This document shows positions 51,109 through 62,257 of a stretch of 64,000 bases of DNA, piece after piece. The translations under genes were made by a program, and so were the position numbers. The stretch is from Candidatus Cloacimonadales bacterium (lineage in GTDB: Bacteria; Cloacimonadota; Cloacimonadia; Cloacimonadales; JAFGVF01), in the NCBI GenBank assembly GCA_963677495.2, contig CAXXOU010000004.1, forward strand, positions 128,001 through 192,000, written 5' to 3'. Under the pieces are notes generated by a model. That model worked only from the letters and a program-made list of their open reading frames with translations. It did not search any database and was not told the origin of the DNA. Within the stretch, counting starts at the first letter, position 1, and each line of letters begins with the position of its first letter.

Positions 51109-53394
51109 CTAAAACTCGTACTCTATCCCAAGCACAGGGAGCATTCCCCAATTATATACAGTATCCTTCTCATTCTCAAATGGGTTCCAGTAGTATGAAC
51201 CTACATTCTGACGATTGTAAACATTCCAAACCGAGAGATAAGTAACTACTGAAGACTTGTTGAAGAAGAAACGCTTATCCACTCTTAAGTCCAATGAATG
51301 GTAGTCAGGATATCGTTCCCCATTTATCCTGTTTGTATCCAACACTCCTTGTCCTGCAGCAAGAGAAGCCTCTTCATCAAATGGCGTGTATGGAGCACCA
51401 CCTGACCATGTCCATTTTCCACTAAACTCCCAGCTGAAAGAGGGACGATATCCAAGTTGAACATTCGCAAAAAACCTGTTATCATAACTTCTATCGTACT
51501 CATTACCGGACAAGCTAGTGTACCTGCTTCTGAAATAAGTTCCACTAACCATACCATAGAAATCACCAATCATCTTCTTTTGTAATGAGAGTTCTATACC
51601 TTCTGATACAGCTTCTCCTTCAGCAACTAGGTTTGGATGAATACTATACAATCCGTTATCATAAAATGGTTCATCGAGAACAAACAATTCAGGTGTATCC
51701 GGATCAATTGGCATATTTTTATACTCTTTATGATAGACCTCCAAAGTTAATTTTAACGATGAAGTCAATATCTGTTCTAATCCGGCAATGTAGTGATCAG
51801 TTGTCATTAACGGATAATCTTCATTCTGTTGTACTAGTAACACTGAAGGTAGCTCTTGATTATATCTTCCAATCGCACCTTTAAGGTACGTGTTATCGAA
51901 GACCTGATATCTACTCATTACTCTGTATGAGCCGGCAAGCTCATCATTCGCTTGATAATAGTCACAACTGACGCTACCATTTATGCTCATTCTATCGAAT
52001 GTCTTCAAGTCATACTCAGCATAAGCACCTGCAATTAGATCCTTTCTTTGCTCTTTCACGCTTGCACTTGTCTCTATGTTTCCATATTGATCCAAACTTT
52101 CGCCATATGAGTTATCAATTTTATCCATATTCATCTGTAGGGATAAACCACCTGAAATTAAGTTCTTTGGATTGAACTGATGCATAAACTTGTTCTTAAT
52201 TGTGAACTTCTGTTGATGAGAGTTGTTCGCTACAAGGCTCAGTCCTGTAGCTGGTTCAAAGAACTCTTCATTATAATACATAGAGTTCCATGACATAATC
52301 AGTTCATGTGATGTTGTAGTTCCGAGCATTCTACGCCAGTTAGCACCTACAGTGTTCACATAAACATCCTGATCTCCATAGAAGAGCATATCTTCATCAT
52401 TTGCCTGCTCTCTTGTTGTATTAGAATGGTCATCTCCACTTACGAAAAGAAAAGACAATTTGTTGTTATTATCAATATCGAAGGCAAACTTACCTTGTAA
52501 ATCACCATACCATGGCACTGATGATGTCCCAAGATCCACCATTTCGGTTATCAAATCTAAATAGCTTCTTCTCAAAGCAACCATGAATGAACTTTTCTCT
52601 TTCTTAATTGGACCTTCAGCAATAAATCCATAACCAATAAAGTCCAAAGATGCCTGGAAGTCATACTTCTCATCATTACCGGTTCTAAAGGAAATATCTG
52701 AAACTGAGGAAAGCTTGTTATTAAATGCAGTACTAAATCCTCCGGAACTGAACTCTATGTTTTTTATGAAATCAACATTTAGTAAACCTATAGGTCCACC
52801 CGTTACCCCCTGACCGGGGAAATGACTAATATTTGGAATTGCTATACCATCAACGTAGAAACCATTCTCTATTGGATTTCCACCTCTTACTACTAAGTTA
52901 TTGTTTGAACCACCTGAACTTGAAACTGCAGGCAAAGCTGTAAGCATTCTGCTAATATCTCCGGCAGCACCCGGTGCGCGGCGAATCTCTTCATTATCAA
53001 GTCCAGTTGATGACACTTCATTATTTGATGGCTCAGTGAAATATTCCTGTTTTTTAGCCTTTACACCACTAATAACAAAAGCACGTCTTTTAAGTTTTAC
53101 ATCGAGCTGTAATGTCCTATTCGGTTTAACAATCTGGTTTACAATCACCTCTTTGTTAAAGCCAACTCTAAAGTAATCGAAAGTGTAAACACCCGGTTTA
53201 AGTTCATCGATCTTATAGTTACCATGTTCATCCGAGGAAACAGCGATTGTAGAATCAGATAAAACCACATTCACATGGGGAATTGGGAAACCGGTATCTG
53301 CGTCTGTGATAATCCCTTTCACAGAGCTATTCCACTCTCCGGCATTGAGGAGAGCTATCCCTATCAACATCAATAATAATATTACTTTTTTCAT
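51109..53394 (-). CDS. TonB-dependent receptor with CarboxypepD_reg-like N-domain
   Basis: GIITDADTGFPI, plug VRGG...EN.FYVDG, LDLRVDK, NVYNRQN, terminal YEF. Confidence 0.92.
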   Translation of the reverse strand: MKKVILLLMLIGIALLNAGEWNSSVKGIITDADTGFPIPHVNVVLSDSTIAVSSDEHGNYKIDELKPGVYTFDYFRVGFNKEVIVNQIVKPNRTLQLDVKLKRRAFVISGVKAKKQEYFTEPSNNEVSSTGLDNEEIRRAPGAAGDISRMLTALPAVSSSGGSNNNLVVRGGNPIENGFYVDGIAIPNISHFPGQGVTGGPIGLLNVDFIKNIEFSSGGFSTAFNNKLSSVSDISFRTGNDEKYDFQASLDFIGYGFIAEGPIKKEKSSFMVALRRSYLDLITEMVDLGTSSVPWYGDLQGKFAFDIDNNNKLSFLFVSGDDHSNTTREQANDEDMLFYGDQDVYVNTVGANWRRMLGTTTSHELIMSWNSMYYNEEFFEPATGLSLVANNSHQQKFTIKNKFMHQFNPKNLISGGLSLQMNMDKIDNSYGESLDQYGNIETSASVKEQRKDLIAGAYAEYDLKTFDRMSINGSVSCDYYQANDELAGSYRVMSRYQVFDNTYLKGAIGRYNQELPSVLLVQQNEDYPLMTTDHYIAGLEQILTSSLKLTLEVYHKEYKNMPIDPDTPELFVLDEPFYDNGLYSIHPNLVAEGEAVSEGIELSLQKKMIGDFYGMVSGTYFRSRYTSLSGNEYDRSYDNRFFANVQLGYRPSFSWEFSGKWTWSGGAPYTPFDEEASLAAGQGVLDTNRINGERYPDYHSLDLRVDKRFFFNKSSVVTYLSVWNVYNRQNVGSYYWNPFENEKDTVYNWGMLPVLGIEYEF

Positions 53395-53467
53395 TCTCAC
53401 TCCTAATAAAGTACGTTGTTCGTTTAACGTTCGTTTTTAAATCCTAACTCATTTTTGTATTGATTAT

Positions 53468-54094
53468 TTAGCTTTGTTGCTTAACTTTCCAACCGATTAG
53501 ACCCTGCCAACCGGATGAAAAGAACTGGCTAATCTCACTGGCAACAGTCAGTATTGAGTCATCATCCACTTTGTTGTATAATGTGGATACGAGTAGAGAG
53601 ATTACCATACCGGAAAGCAGATAGATAGTATCTTCTTGAAACTCTATCTTAGGAAGTTTCATACGTGCTATACTACTCTCCAAATCCCTTTTCATAACCC
53701 CGGCATACCAGTTAGTAACATCCTGCAAAAATGCCTCGTGTGATGAGCCTTTTGCCTTATCAATTAGCAATATTAGCTCAGTACGATACTGTTTTATTGC
53801 ATTCAGCATGGTAAGTATCATCTGGTTATGATGGTCATCATTAGGATCATGATCTTCATCATCCACATGTTCAATAAAGGCTTTTTGTGCAGTTTTAAAC
53901 TTAAACATGAACTCTTCCAGCACTCCACAGAATATCTCATCTTTATTTTTAAAGTAGTTATAGATATTACTCGGTGCTGTATCTGCTCTTTTTGCAATCG
54001 AGCGTATTGCTGCATCCCTAAATCCTCTTTCAAGGAATTCAATCTTTGCATTCTCTAATATTGCTTTTCTTATAAACTCTTTTTTAAACTGCAC
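53468..54094 (-). CDS. TetR/AcrR family transcriptional regulator
   Basis: ILENAKIEFLERGF...IAKRA.....NIYNYFKNKDEI. Confidence 0.92.
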   Translation of the reverse strand: MQFKKEFIRKAILENAKIEFLERGFRDAAIRSIAKRADTAPSNIYNYFKNKDEIFCGVLEEFMFKFKTAQKAFIEHVDDEDHDPNDDHHNQMILTMLNAIKQYRTELILLIDKAKGSSHEAFLQDVTNWYAGVMKRDLESSIARMKLPKIEFQEDTIYLLSGMVISLLVSTLYNKVDDDSILTVASEISQFFSSGWQGLIGWKVKQQS

Positions 54095-54231
54095 TTAACT
54101 TCCTTTAGCGAACTATGTTCTTATTTATTTGTATTGATGTTATTCTGTCAATAGGTATTTCATACAATTAATTCAGTTCAAAAAATTAACTCGCATCGTA
54201 ATACATTTAAGAATAGTATAGAAGTATTAAT

Positions 54232-54350
54232 CTGTCCGTTTAGGACAGAATGTGAATAGCCATGTGGCGTAAGTCCATGGTAATAAACCCAAAGAATTAT
54301 CAGCCCTATATGGGCTGTTTTACGTGTTGGCAATAGCCATTAACGGGCTT
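54232..54350 (+). repeat. REP-like element (AGCCC-N-GGGCT hairpin family)
   Basis: ctgtccgtt.aggacagaatgtgaatagccatg shared with 60581-60612; related hairpins at 28241-28410. Confidence 0.8.
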
Positions 54351-54425
54351 ATCGGGTTTGATAACTGCATATATACAAAAAAAAGGGATGCAAATCTGCA
54401 TCCCAATTTATCGTATTGTAATATA

Positions 54426-56516
54426 TTATTTAAGCATAACCATCTTACTACTCATTATTGTATCACCAACAGAGATAGTATAGAAGTAGGTTCCGCTGGC
54501 ACAGCTCTTAAGATTCTTATCTGTACCGTTCCAGTTTACTTCATAGATTCCTTTTCCTTGAACGTTAACTGTCAGTATCTTCACTAGCTCACCACGGATA
54601 TTGTAGATCTTCACAATAGCTGTTTCACCCATATTCTTGAATACTTCAAACTTGATTGTTGTTGATGGGTTGAATGGATTAGGGAAGTTACCTAAAAGCT
54701 TAGCATTAAGGTTAGGAGTTTCAACTGCTTGTTCATCTTCCTCATTTCCAACTTCTCCATCATCGATAAAATGAGTGAATTCACACATAACACCCCAAGC
54801 AATACTCAGGTCAATTATCTCTTCCATTAAATCTTCAGCAGCAGTTGAGTTTGGATTCAAAAGATAATATTCATAAATCATATGTTCAATCATCTGCTTA
54901 GCCCAAACTTTGGATAAGAAAGCGTAATCACTATTGTTCTCGCCACTAAGTGTGAAGTCATAATTATAGTTAACCTGTTGTCCGAAGGCTGTACCTTCCA
55001 AGTTTACAGTTATAAGACCGGGAGATGAATATCTTCCGGAAATAAGCATCTGATGTCCTGCATAGATAGATGGAAGAGGACTTGGATAGATACTTGAAAG
55101 CACATCTGGCTCAACTGTCACACTCGGATTGATAAGGATAGGGTTCTTAACTTTATTGTAGAAAGTAGTTATTACTTCTTCAAGCACATCATTACCTAAG
55201 AACTCTGGGAAGCCATTATTGTCTAAAGCAATCTGAGTAAGAAGAGTTGTATTGACACTGCTACCGATACCAAATGTAAACAGACAGATTTGATCTGAAA
55301 CCAAGTCTATCTCATCATTAATATGGTCGATTAGTGAATTAGTACTTGTAATTCCAACAGTTGCTTCTCCGTCAGTTAAGAAGATAATAATCTTAGCGTA
55401 TTCATTACCGGGATCATCAAATATTGGCACAGCAGTACTGAATGCTCCGCTTATGTTCGTGCCTCCGCCTGCATTAATATTATTGATAAAGCTTTGTGCA
55501 TTAGTAATATTGCTATCAGTAGCATCTTGCATACTGGTTCGCCAACTATTGGCAGAGCTGTTAAACTTAACGAGATTGAACTTATCACCATCATTGAAGT
55601 TGTTGATAATATAAGTTGCTGCATCCTTTGCCTGATCCATTTTGCTACCCGACATTGAACCACTATTATCAATAATCAGGGTAAACATCTTTGGAATAAC
55701 TAGTCCTTGATCGCTAGGGTCGGGTTCAGCAACAAAGAGGAAGAACCCATTATCATCTGTATCAGGCAGGTTATCCTGTGGTATCATTGTGCTCATACCA
55801 AACATACCAAGCTCATCAGCATTAAGCGTGTAAGTTATATCTGTATCGTTTGTAGTTGAAATCTCCTTTTCAAACCAGACGATTTCAACATAATGACTTT
55901 CCTGTGTCATCACTGGTTGACAAATACCGTCAACAATGTTTACAGATTCAATAGTTCTATCAGAAAAAAGTTCAATTATTATGGTTCCACTTGGGATTGG
56001 ATTGGAGTGGAACATAAAGGGGGAAGAGGGATAATGATAGCTAACACTACCCATCTCATAATGTAATAGATTCACGTACTCCAATTCAATTATAACAGTT
56101 TCACCGGCTTGTATCACAGTGTCTTCGAAGGGCATGATTAAAGGGTTTTCTCCGATATAATCATTTATATCATCCCCATATCCTGAGCCTTGTCCGGGAT
56201 TACCTGATTGTTCTCCACCTTGAAGGGTTGCTGACCAGGTTGAATCACCAATTGTGTAATATAAACGTACTGCGGATGCATCTAATGGCATACCAAAGGC
56301 ATAGACAGGATTGGTTGTAAAGAAAGTTGAATTTCGAAAGGTCTCTCTAACTACAGTAACTGCGGCTTGATTTTCAATTCTAACATCCACTTCATATTCA
56401 TCCAGCGCAAAGAGTTGCGTGGTGTCATCAGAAAAGAACATCATGCCTAAACTAAACATGGGTAGTGTGATTAACATCATCAGGATCACTAATGCAAACT
56501 TAACAGACAATTTCAT
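54426..56516 (-). CDS. VIT + VWA domain protein with a T9SS/FlgD-like C-terminal domain
   Basis: VIT-like N-terminus; MIDAS DNSGSM, GGTNI, FLTDG; NFPNPFNP...KMVMLK. Confidence 0.9.
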   Translation of the reverse strand: MKLSVKFALVILMMLITLPMFSLGMMFFSDDTTQLFALDEYEVDVRIENQAAVTVVRETFRNSTFFTTNPVYAFGMPLDASAVRLYYTIGDSTWSATLQGGEQSGNPGQGSGYGDDINDYIGENPLIMPFEDTVIQAGETVIIELEYVNLLHYEMGSVSYHYPSSPFMFHSNPIPSGTIIIELFSDRTIESVNIVDGICQPVMTQESHYVEIVWFEKEISTTNDTDITYTLNADELGMFGMSTMIPQDNLPDTDDNGFFLFVAEPDPSDQGLVIPKMFTLIIDNSGSMSGSKMDQAKDAATYIINNFNDGDKFNLVKFNSSANSWRTSMQDATDSNITNAQSFINNINAGGGTNISGAFSTAVPIFDDPGNEYAKIIIFLTDGEATVGITSTNSLIDHINDEIDLVSDQICLFTFGIGSSVNTTLLTQIALDNNGFPEFLGNDVLEEVITTFYNKVKNPILINPSVTVEPDVLSSIYPSPLPSIYAGHQMLISGRYSSPGLITVNLEGTAFGQQVNYNYDFTLSGENNSDYAFLSKVWAKQMIEHMIYEYYLLNPNSTAAEDLMEEIIDLSIAWGVMCEFTHFIDDGEVGNEEDEQAVETPNLNAKLLGNFPNPFNPSTTIKFEVFKNMGETAIVKIYNIRGELVKILTVNVQGKGIYEVNWNGTDKNLKSCASGTYFYTISVGDTIMSSKMVMLK

Positions 56517-56842
56517 AATTAACCTCCATAGTTAATGTTAGAACTTTAATAATCAATGCATTTTCTATTCCATTCTCTGCTATGACAAACTTCGATTAGG
56601 GTATGATGACTATAAATTAGAATTCGAAGACTATACCTTCTTAATGGTCGAAGACCTTGCAAATGGTACACTTCTGAGGAACCAATCGCATTTCAGGGAG
56701 TTTGTCTGATGCATAGCTTGCGTAGCAGTCACCAGTACGACTGATAAGGAGTTTGGGGAAATGCGTACTTCGTAGTAATGTTATTGAGTTATGAAGTGCA
56801 CCAACTGCGTGGTATATCTTGTCACGATACTATATTTTATCT

Positions 56843-57137
56843 TATTTCGCTATGAGTCCAACTCCCATTCGGTCGTTTTGACTCCAGATAACAATTTTCC
56901 ACTAACAATTTTCCCAAATTTTCCCAAATTTGTCCAATTTTGCCCTGCTTCATCCCTTCTAGTTCCGTGACTAAAAAAGGTGTTTCAAAGGTCTCCCACA
57001 GGTGACCCTCTCGTGACCCTCTCGTTGAATGCCTCGATTTATCCACATCGTGTGGATAACTAGGATATTTATGGAAAACTTGTCGTAGGCACGGGAGTAG
57101 CAGGGGTGCAGTAGGTTCATTTCCGTCTCTATTGAGT
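56843..57137 (+). repeat. Dispersed repeat B, copy 2 (~295 bp)
   Basis: Matches 28581-28855 with about 20 bp of extra ttcccaaatt-type units. Confidence 0.92.
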
Positions 57138-57392
57138 TCTTCTGAAACGAGAGAAATTTGAGAAAAACTTCTGAAAAAGCTGTGGATAAACCGGGGGTAG
57201 AAGGGAAAGTATTGACGTGGTAAAGAATATTAGAAGATTAGCTAAATTATTTTCCGGAGTAGAAGTGTGCATTTCTACAATGAGTAAGCATAGAGATTCC
57301 TTGCTATAAAAATAAATCTTTTGACATAAAAATCAAACTACTATATATTTGACATGTAGTTCTGAGATTTAACTATTCCTAAGGGAGGAATT

Positions 57393-58928
57393 ATGAAAAA
57401 GTTATTCTTTGTAGCACTATTACTTACAGTTATTGTCATGTCACAACTAAATGCTGAAATACAGTACAGTATCTCAGAACCGCAATCGCTCAATATACCA
57501 TATCCATTTGATGAGATCATCTACGACAGTACAAGGGACACTTTAGTTCATTTCTATGATAATGCATCATTGGATGGGACTTACAATCTCTATCACTTTA
57601 GTATGAATGCTAATTTGCAGTTCTCAGAAAGAACAACAGTAGTATCTCACCCTATTGGTGATTTGGACTTTGATGAATTACATCTTGTTAGAATGGATAA
57701 CTCTGATTCTTTTCACTATTATGCCTTTGATGATAATCGAGATGTAAGGTTTCTGACAAAAATTGATAACTTTAATCAGGTAACTTACACATTAGATACT
57801 ACAACACTAAGTATGGAGTTCGATTATTATACTTCAGTTTGTGACTCTCTTCTACTTCTACAGAAGCAATATCTTTCTGATGAATGGGTCGATAGATATT
57901 CAGATTTTTACATATACAATCTTAATGCAATGGAATTAATTCTTTTTAAAGCTGATTGTGAATATTATGAGGAGCATTTCAAAATTGGGACTGAATGGCT
58001 GTTTAGAAGTCCCTACAATGATATGAGGTATCACTATGATAACTCCTTAACCTTCGTAGATTCGCTACAACTAGATGAGACAGCTTTAGTTAGTGATCTA
58101 TGGCTCTATGAAGCTAATAATGGCTGGTCAGATAGTTTTGGAAATGGGTTTCTTTATGCTTACGATGACGGAGTCCTTCCTATGCGATACAATCATAACA
58201 CTTATTTTGAGTTCCGACCTGGTGAATTGTTGATTGAGGATACTGGTTGGTATGATTCACGGACTATAAAAAAAGTTTCTGAGAATCGAATTATTGGTGC
58301 TAGAGAATCTTATGAGATGGGACCACTTGATGTATTGGGATCTGTTGAGTTGGATGAAACAGGTTGGCATGGAATTGGACCTGTATCCATTGATTGCGAA
58401 TATAGAGGTTGCTTCTCTTCCCAAGGTCATTACTTGCTGTTTGGTAATAACGGTGTATCTAACAAATTGGTTGTCTATGATGAGGACTTGAATATTGTTC
58501 ATCAGGTTGATCCATTTAATATTGCGAATACATACTATCCAATGGATACATACTTCAATATGTTGTTCTTCAGAGAGTACAACTCAAACTCAATATTCTA
58601 TAGTGTTTTCGATGTGATAGTCCCAAACTCAGATAATGTGAATCCTGTTTTAATGGGTATTACGACTTCAAACTACCCAAACCCATTCAACCCAACAACG
58701 ACGATTGAATACTCAGTTCCTGAGAAAGGTAATGTTAGAATTGATATATATAACATCTTAGGACAAAGAGTTAATAGCTTAGTCAACTCAGAGCATTCAA
58801 AGGGAACGCATACTATCCAGTGGGATGGAAAGGATAGTGATAATAATACACTTTCAAGTGGGATATATTTCTATAAGGTATCTCAGAATGGGAAGAGTGT
58901 TACTAAGAAGATTGTGATGATGAAATAA
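57393..58928 (+). CDS. Secreted protein with T9SS/FlgD-like CTD, paralog type A
   Basis: Signal peptide; NYPNPFNPTTTIEYSVP...KKIVMMK. Confidence 0.9.
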   Translation: MKKLFFVALLLTVIVMSQLNAEIQYSISEPQSLNIPYPFDEIIYDSTRDTLVHFYDNASLDGTYNLYHFSMNANLQFSERTTVVSHPIGDLDFDELHLVRMDNSDSFHYYAFDDNRDVRFLTKIDNFNQVTYTLDTTTLSMEFDYYTSVCDSLLLLQKQYLSDEWVDRYSDFYIYNLNAMELILFKADCEYYEEHFKIGTEWLFRSPYNDMRYHYDNSLTFVDSLQLDETALVSDLWLYEANNGWSDSFGNGFLYAYDDGVLPMRYNHNTYFEFRPGELLIEDTGWYDSRTIKKVSENRIIGARESYEMGPLDVLGSVELDETGWHGIGPVSIDCEYRGCFSSQGHYLLFGNNGVSNKLVVYDEDLNIVHQVDPFNIANTYYPMDTYFNMLFFREYNSNSIFYSVFDVIVPNSDNVNPVLMGITTSNYPNPFNPTTTIEYSVPEKGNVRIDIYNILGQRVNSLVNSEHSKGTHTIQWDGKDSDNNTLSSGIYFYKVSQNGKSVTKKIVMMK

Positions 58929-58937
58929 GGAGATTCT

Positions 58938-60458
58938 ATGAAAAAGATTGTAGTTGTTGTACTAACAATATTGTATTGTTTAACCATATCACTTTATGCT
59001 GAATTAAATGTAATGATTTCAGAACAGAATGAAATAACCCCTCCATTTGATTTCAGGCATTTTTTTTGTGAGGGAGAGGAGAGTATTCACTTTTATAACA
59101 ATATTATCGAAAATGGTCATATGAATCTGTATCATTTCACGCTAAACAGCGACTTCTCTTATTCTTCTCAAACTTTGCTGGAATCTATAAATATACAGGG
59201 CACCTTTATTGATAATATAAAGATGTATAGACTTCATAACTCAGACTGCATCCATATTGCATATGAAGATGATGATGATAGAATTCAAAGAATGTCAATG
59301 CTGTCAGATTTTGACCAGATATCAGGTTCTGTAGATTTGGCAACATCAGTAAACCAGATAAATAGCTACTTGTCTGTTTCCGATTCAGTTTTTGTTTACC
59401 AAAGAAACAATTACGGTAATTCATCGTCTCAATACTATAAGCATAATTTACTTACAGATAATTACGAAATGTTCACTAGTAGAACCAATAATTATCATAT
59501 AGAAAGAATGTGGAATCTATTTGCCATACCAAGAAGTGAAGAGAATTCCAGCTTTCAAGGATACTGTCTATACAATGAGCAAGTTGAACTGATTAATACA
59601 GTTGAATTGGCAACTCCCAGTCAAGAATTTACATATCTTTTCTACTCGGAACGAGAGCATGAAGATATTCCTTTCGGAAATGGATTCGTTACATCATATT
59701 ACACATTTGGAGATAATCCTAATTGTCCTGCTATATATGTAGAACTCATAAATAATGAGCTCATTGTAAATGAGATAAATCAAGGGATATATTATACTAA
59801 AGCTGTTGGAAGTGGAGCATTATACTCCCTGTATTATGATTGGGGAGGGGATAATCTGTTACATTGTATTCGCTCTCAATACGATGGTGAGAGCTGGACT
59901 AATATTGATATCGGAACTTGCTTAAGCAATAAAGAACCTTTAGTAATTGATGATCTGGTTATCTATACCTATTCCTACGGTGGGAATGATGTTACCTTTA
60001 CCATCTTTGATGATGATGAAATTGGTGATATAGAGACATGTACTCTTTCCGGAGGATTAGGCTACTATCCGACATATATGTTTGGTAAAATTTTCTGTTT
60101 TGCTCCCGGTAATTCAAGTAATGTTTCTTACTTTAATTTCGGATATACTTATCCAAATTCTGATGACTCAAATCCTGCTCTTAATACAATAGTTTCTTCT
60201 AACTATCCCAATCCATTCAATCCAACTACAACAATAGAGTATTCAGTTCCTGAAACTGGGAACGTAAGTATTGACATATATAACATCTTAGGGCAGAGAG
60301 TTGATACATTAATAAACTCAGAGCATTCAAAGGGCACGCATACTATCCAATGGGATGGCGTTGATGATAACCAAAACGCACTCTCAAGTGGGATATATTT
60401 CTATAAGGTTTCCCAGAATGGGAAGAGTGTAACTAAGAAGATAGTGATGATGAAATAG
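58938..60458 (+). CDS. Secreted protein with T9SS/FlgD-like CTD, paralog type B
   Basis: Signal peptide; same CTD as neighbours. Confidence 0.9.
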   Translation: MKKIVVVVLTILYCLTISLYAELNVMISEQNEITPPFDFRHFFCEGEESIHFYNNIIENGHMNLYHFTLNSDFSYSSQTLLESINIQGTFIDNIKMYRLHNSDCIHIAYEDDDDRIQRMSMLSDFDQISGSVDLATSVNQINSYLSVSDSVFVYQRNNYGNSSSQYYKHNLLTDNYEMFTSRTNNYHIERMWNLFAIPRSEENSSFQGYCLYNEQVELINTVELATPSQEFTYLFYSEREHEDIPFGNGFVTSYYTFGDNPNCPAIYVELINNELIVNEINQGIYYTKAVGSGALYSLYYDWGGDNLLHCIRSQYDGESWTNIDIGTCLSNKEPLVIDDLVIYTYSYGGNDVTFTIFDDDEIGDIETCTLSGGLGYYPTYMFGKIFCFAPGNSSNVSYFNFGYTYPNSDDSNPALNTIVSSNYPNPFNPTTTIEYSVPETGNVSIDIYNILGQRVDTLINSEHSKGTHTIQWDGVDDNQNALSSGIYFYKVSQNGKSVTKKIVMMK

Positions 60459-60464
60459 GTAATT

Positions 60465-60663
60465 CAGCCCTTAACGGGCTGTGTGACTTGTGGTGGATTT
60501 CACCCTAGGTCATTCAACCTAGGGCTATTCACATTTAGCCCTTAACGGGCTATTATGCGGAATTGTATTGATTTTATTCCCTGTCCGTTAAGGACAGAAT
60601 GTGAATAGCCATGGGCGTGAGCCATGGTAATAATTAATTGAACAAACAGCCCGTTTAGGGCTG
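60465..60663. repeat. Inverted pair of REP-like elements between the duplicated gene pairs
   Basis: cagcccttaacgggctg hairpins; gctattcacatt / aatgtgaatagc inverted. Confidence 0.8.
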
Positions 60664-60703
60664 AATGTTTGAGCGGAAAGATTTAATTGCGATGGGAGGA
60701 ATT

Positions 60704-62248
60704 ATGAAAAAGTTTGGACTGATTACACTATTACTTACAATTACTGTTATGGTACAACTTACTGCAGAAATACAGTATGATATCTCAGATGCTATTACTT
60801 TCGATACACCATATCCATTTGATGATATAATCTATAATTGCGATAGGGATTCTCTGGTTCATTTCTATTCTTGGGAAACTAATGACTCAGTTTCTTCATT
60901 ATTTCACTTTAGTATGAATAGCAACTTTGAGTTCTCTAACAGAACACTTGTACTGTCAGAGACTCTTACAGCTTCTGAGAATCATCATTTTGATCTGCTG
61001 CGATTAGATAATTCAGATGTGGTATATGTCTCTTCAATGGAGTATTATGATATCAAATCTATTAGTAAGGTTACTAATTTTAATCAAGTGATTTCAACTT
61101 TAGATATATCAACTCTACCGGATGATATGGGTGAACAGATATATTCTCAATATGTTTACAATGATTCACTACTTGTGTTTCAAAACATTGTTTGGGGAGA
61201 AGGAGACAATCATGCAGATTTTTATAAATACAATATTGATACCAATGAGCTTTCTATATTTGACTCTGTTGATATAAATGAAGCGATCTATATCTTATTA
61301 GATGATTATCTTGTTAGGTTCAACAATAATTTTGGTTTAGATACATGTTATGTTTATGATAATCAGTTAAATTACATTGGAGCAAGACAAATTTACTGTG
61401 AGAACTTCTATGATGATTTTGGTATGATTGAATGCAAAGTAACCAGCTTTATCGATGGATACTTGCTTAAATCATTAGACGGTCCACTTCCTGATCCTAA
61501 CAGAAATTGGTTCTATCTTACCATAACAGATGATTCAGTAGAGTTACAGTACATAAACTCTTATTATGTAGAAATTGAGAAACCACTAATTATCGGATCG
61601 GCACTCTATGGAATCAATTGTCCTTGGATGTCTGTTAGAGATATGTATGAAGATACTTTGGATAAAACCGTTTTTGATGGCAATAATTGGAATTTTGAAG
61701 TTAACACTCCCATAAGCAGTTACCCTTATGATGTTTTTGAGCAATCAGGTTATATTGTCAAACCTGAGATATTTACTAATGAAAATCATGGCTTTAAGGT
61801 TTATAACTCAAATCTGGAAGAGGTTTATATGAAAGATTTATATGATTTTGCTACCTTAGATTTCAGGTCAATGTTCGAGAAAATCTTCATCGTGGATACT
61901 GAGAATAATTCTCTCAGCTATGTAACTCTTTCTGTAGTATCACCAAATAGTGACGAGTTAAATCCTTCTATTAATGCAATAATATCTTCTAATTACCCTA
62001 ATCCATTCAACCCAACAACAACAATAGAATACTCTGTTCCTGTGAAAGGAAACGTAAGTATTGATATATATAACATCTTAGGTCAAAGAGTAGATACAAT
62101 AGTCAACTCTGAACATGTAAAAGGCAAACATACTATCCAATGGGATGGGAAAGACAGCGATAATAATGCACTCCCAAGTGGTATATATTTCTATAAGGTA
62201 TCGCAGAATGGGAAGAGTGTTACCAAGAAGATTGTGATGATGAAATAG
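60704..62248 (+). CDS. Secreted protein with T9SS/FlgD-like CTD, paralog type A'
   Basis: Start context gggaggaattatgaaaaagtt is identical to that of 57393; AEIQY.IS...PYPFD.IIY shared with A. Confidence 0.9.
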   Translation: MKKFGLITLLLTITVMVQLTAEIQYDISDAITFDTPYPFDDIIYNCDRDSLVHFYSWETNDSVSSLFHFSMNSNFEFSNRTLVLSETLTASENHHFDLLRLDNSDVVYVSSMEYYDIKSISKVTNFNQVISTLDISTLPDDMGEQIYSQYVYNDSLLVFQNIVWGEGDNHADFYKYNIDTNELSIFDSVDINEAIYILLDDYLVRFNNNFGLDTCYVYDNQLNYIGARQIYCENFYDDFGMIECKVTSFIDGYLLKSLDGPLPDPNRNWFYLTITDDSVELQYINSYYVEIEKPLIIGSALYGINCPWMSVRDMYEDTLDKTVFDGNNWNFEVNTPISSYPYDVFEQSGYIVKPEIFTNENHGFKVYNSNLEEVYMKDLYDFATLDFRSMFEKIFIVDTENNSLSYVTLSVVSPNSDELNPSINAIISSNYPNPFNPTTTIEYSVPVKGNVSIDIYNILGQRVDTIVNSEHVKGKHTIQWDGKDSDNNALPSGIYFYKVSQNGKSVTKKIVMMK

Positions 62249-62257
62249 GGAGATTTT

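Noticed and set aside
57039..57189. Replication origin (oriC)
   Set aside because: Only 2-3 boxes, inside a repeat duplicated elsewhere, with no dnaA/dnaN/gidA context or obvious DUE. Kept only as a DnaA-box finding.
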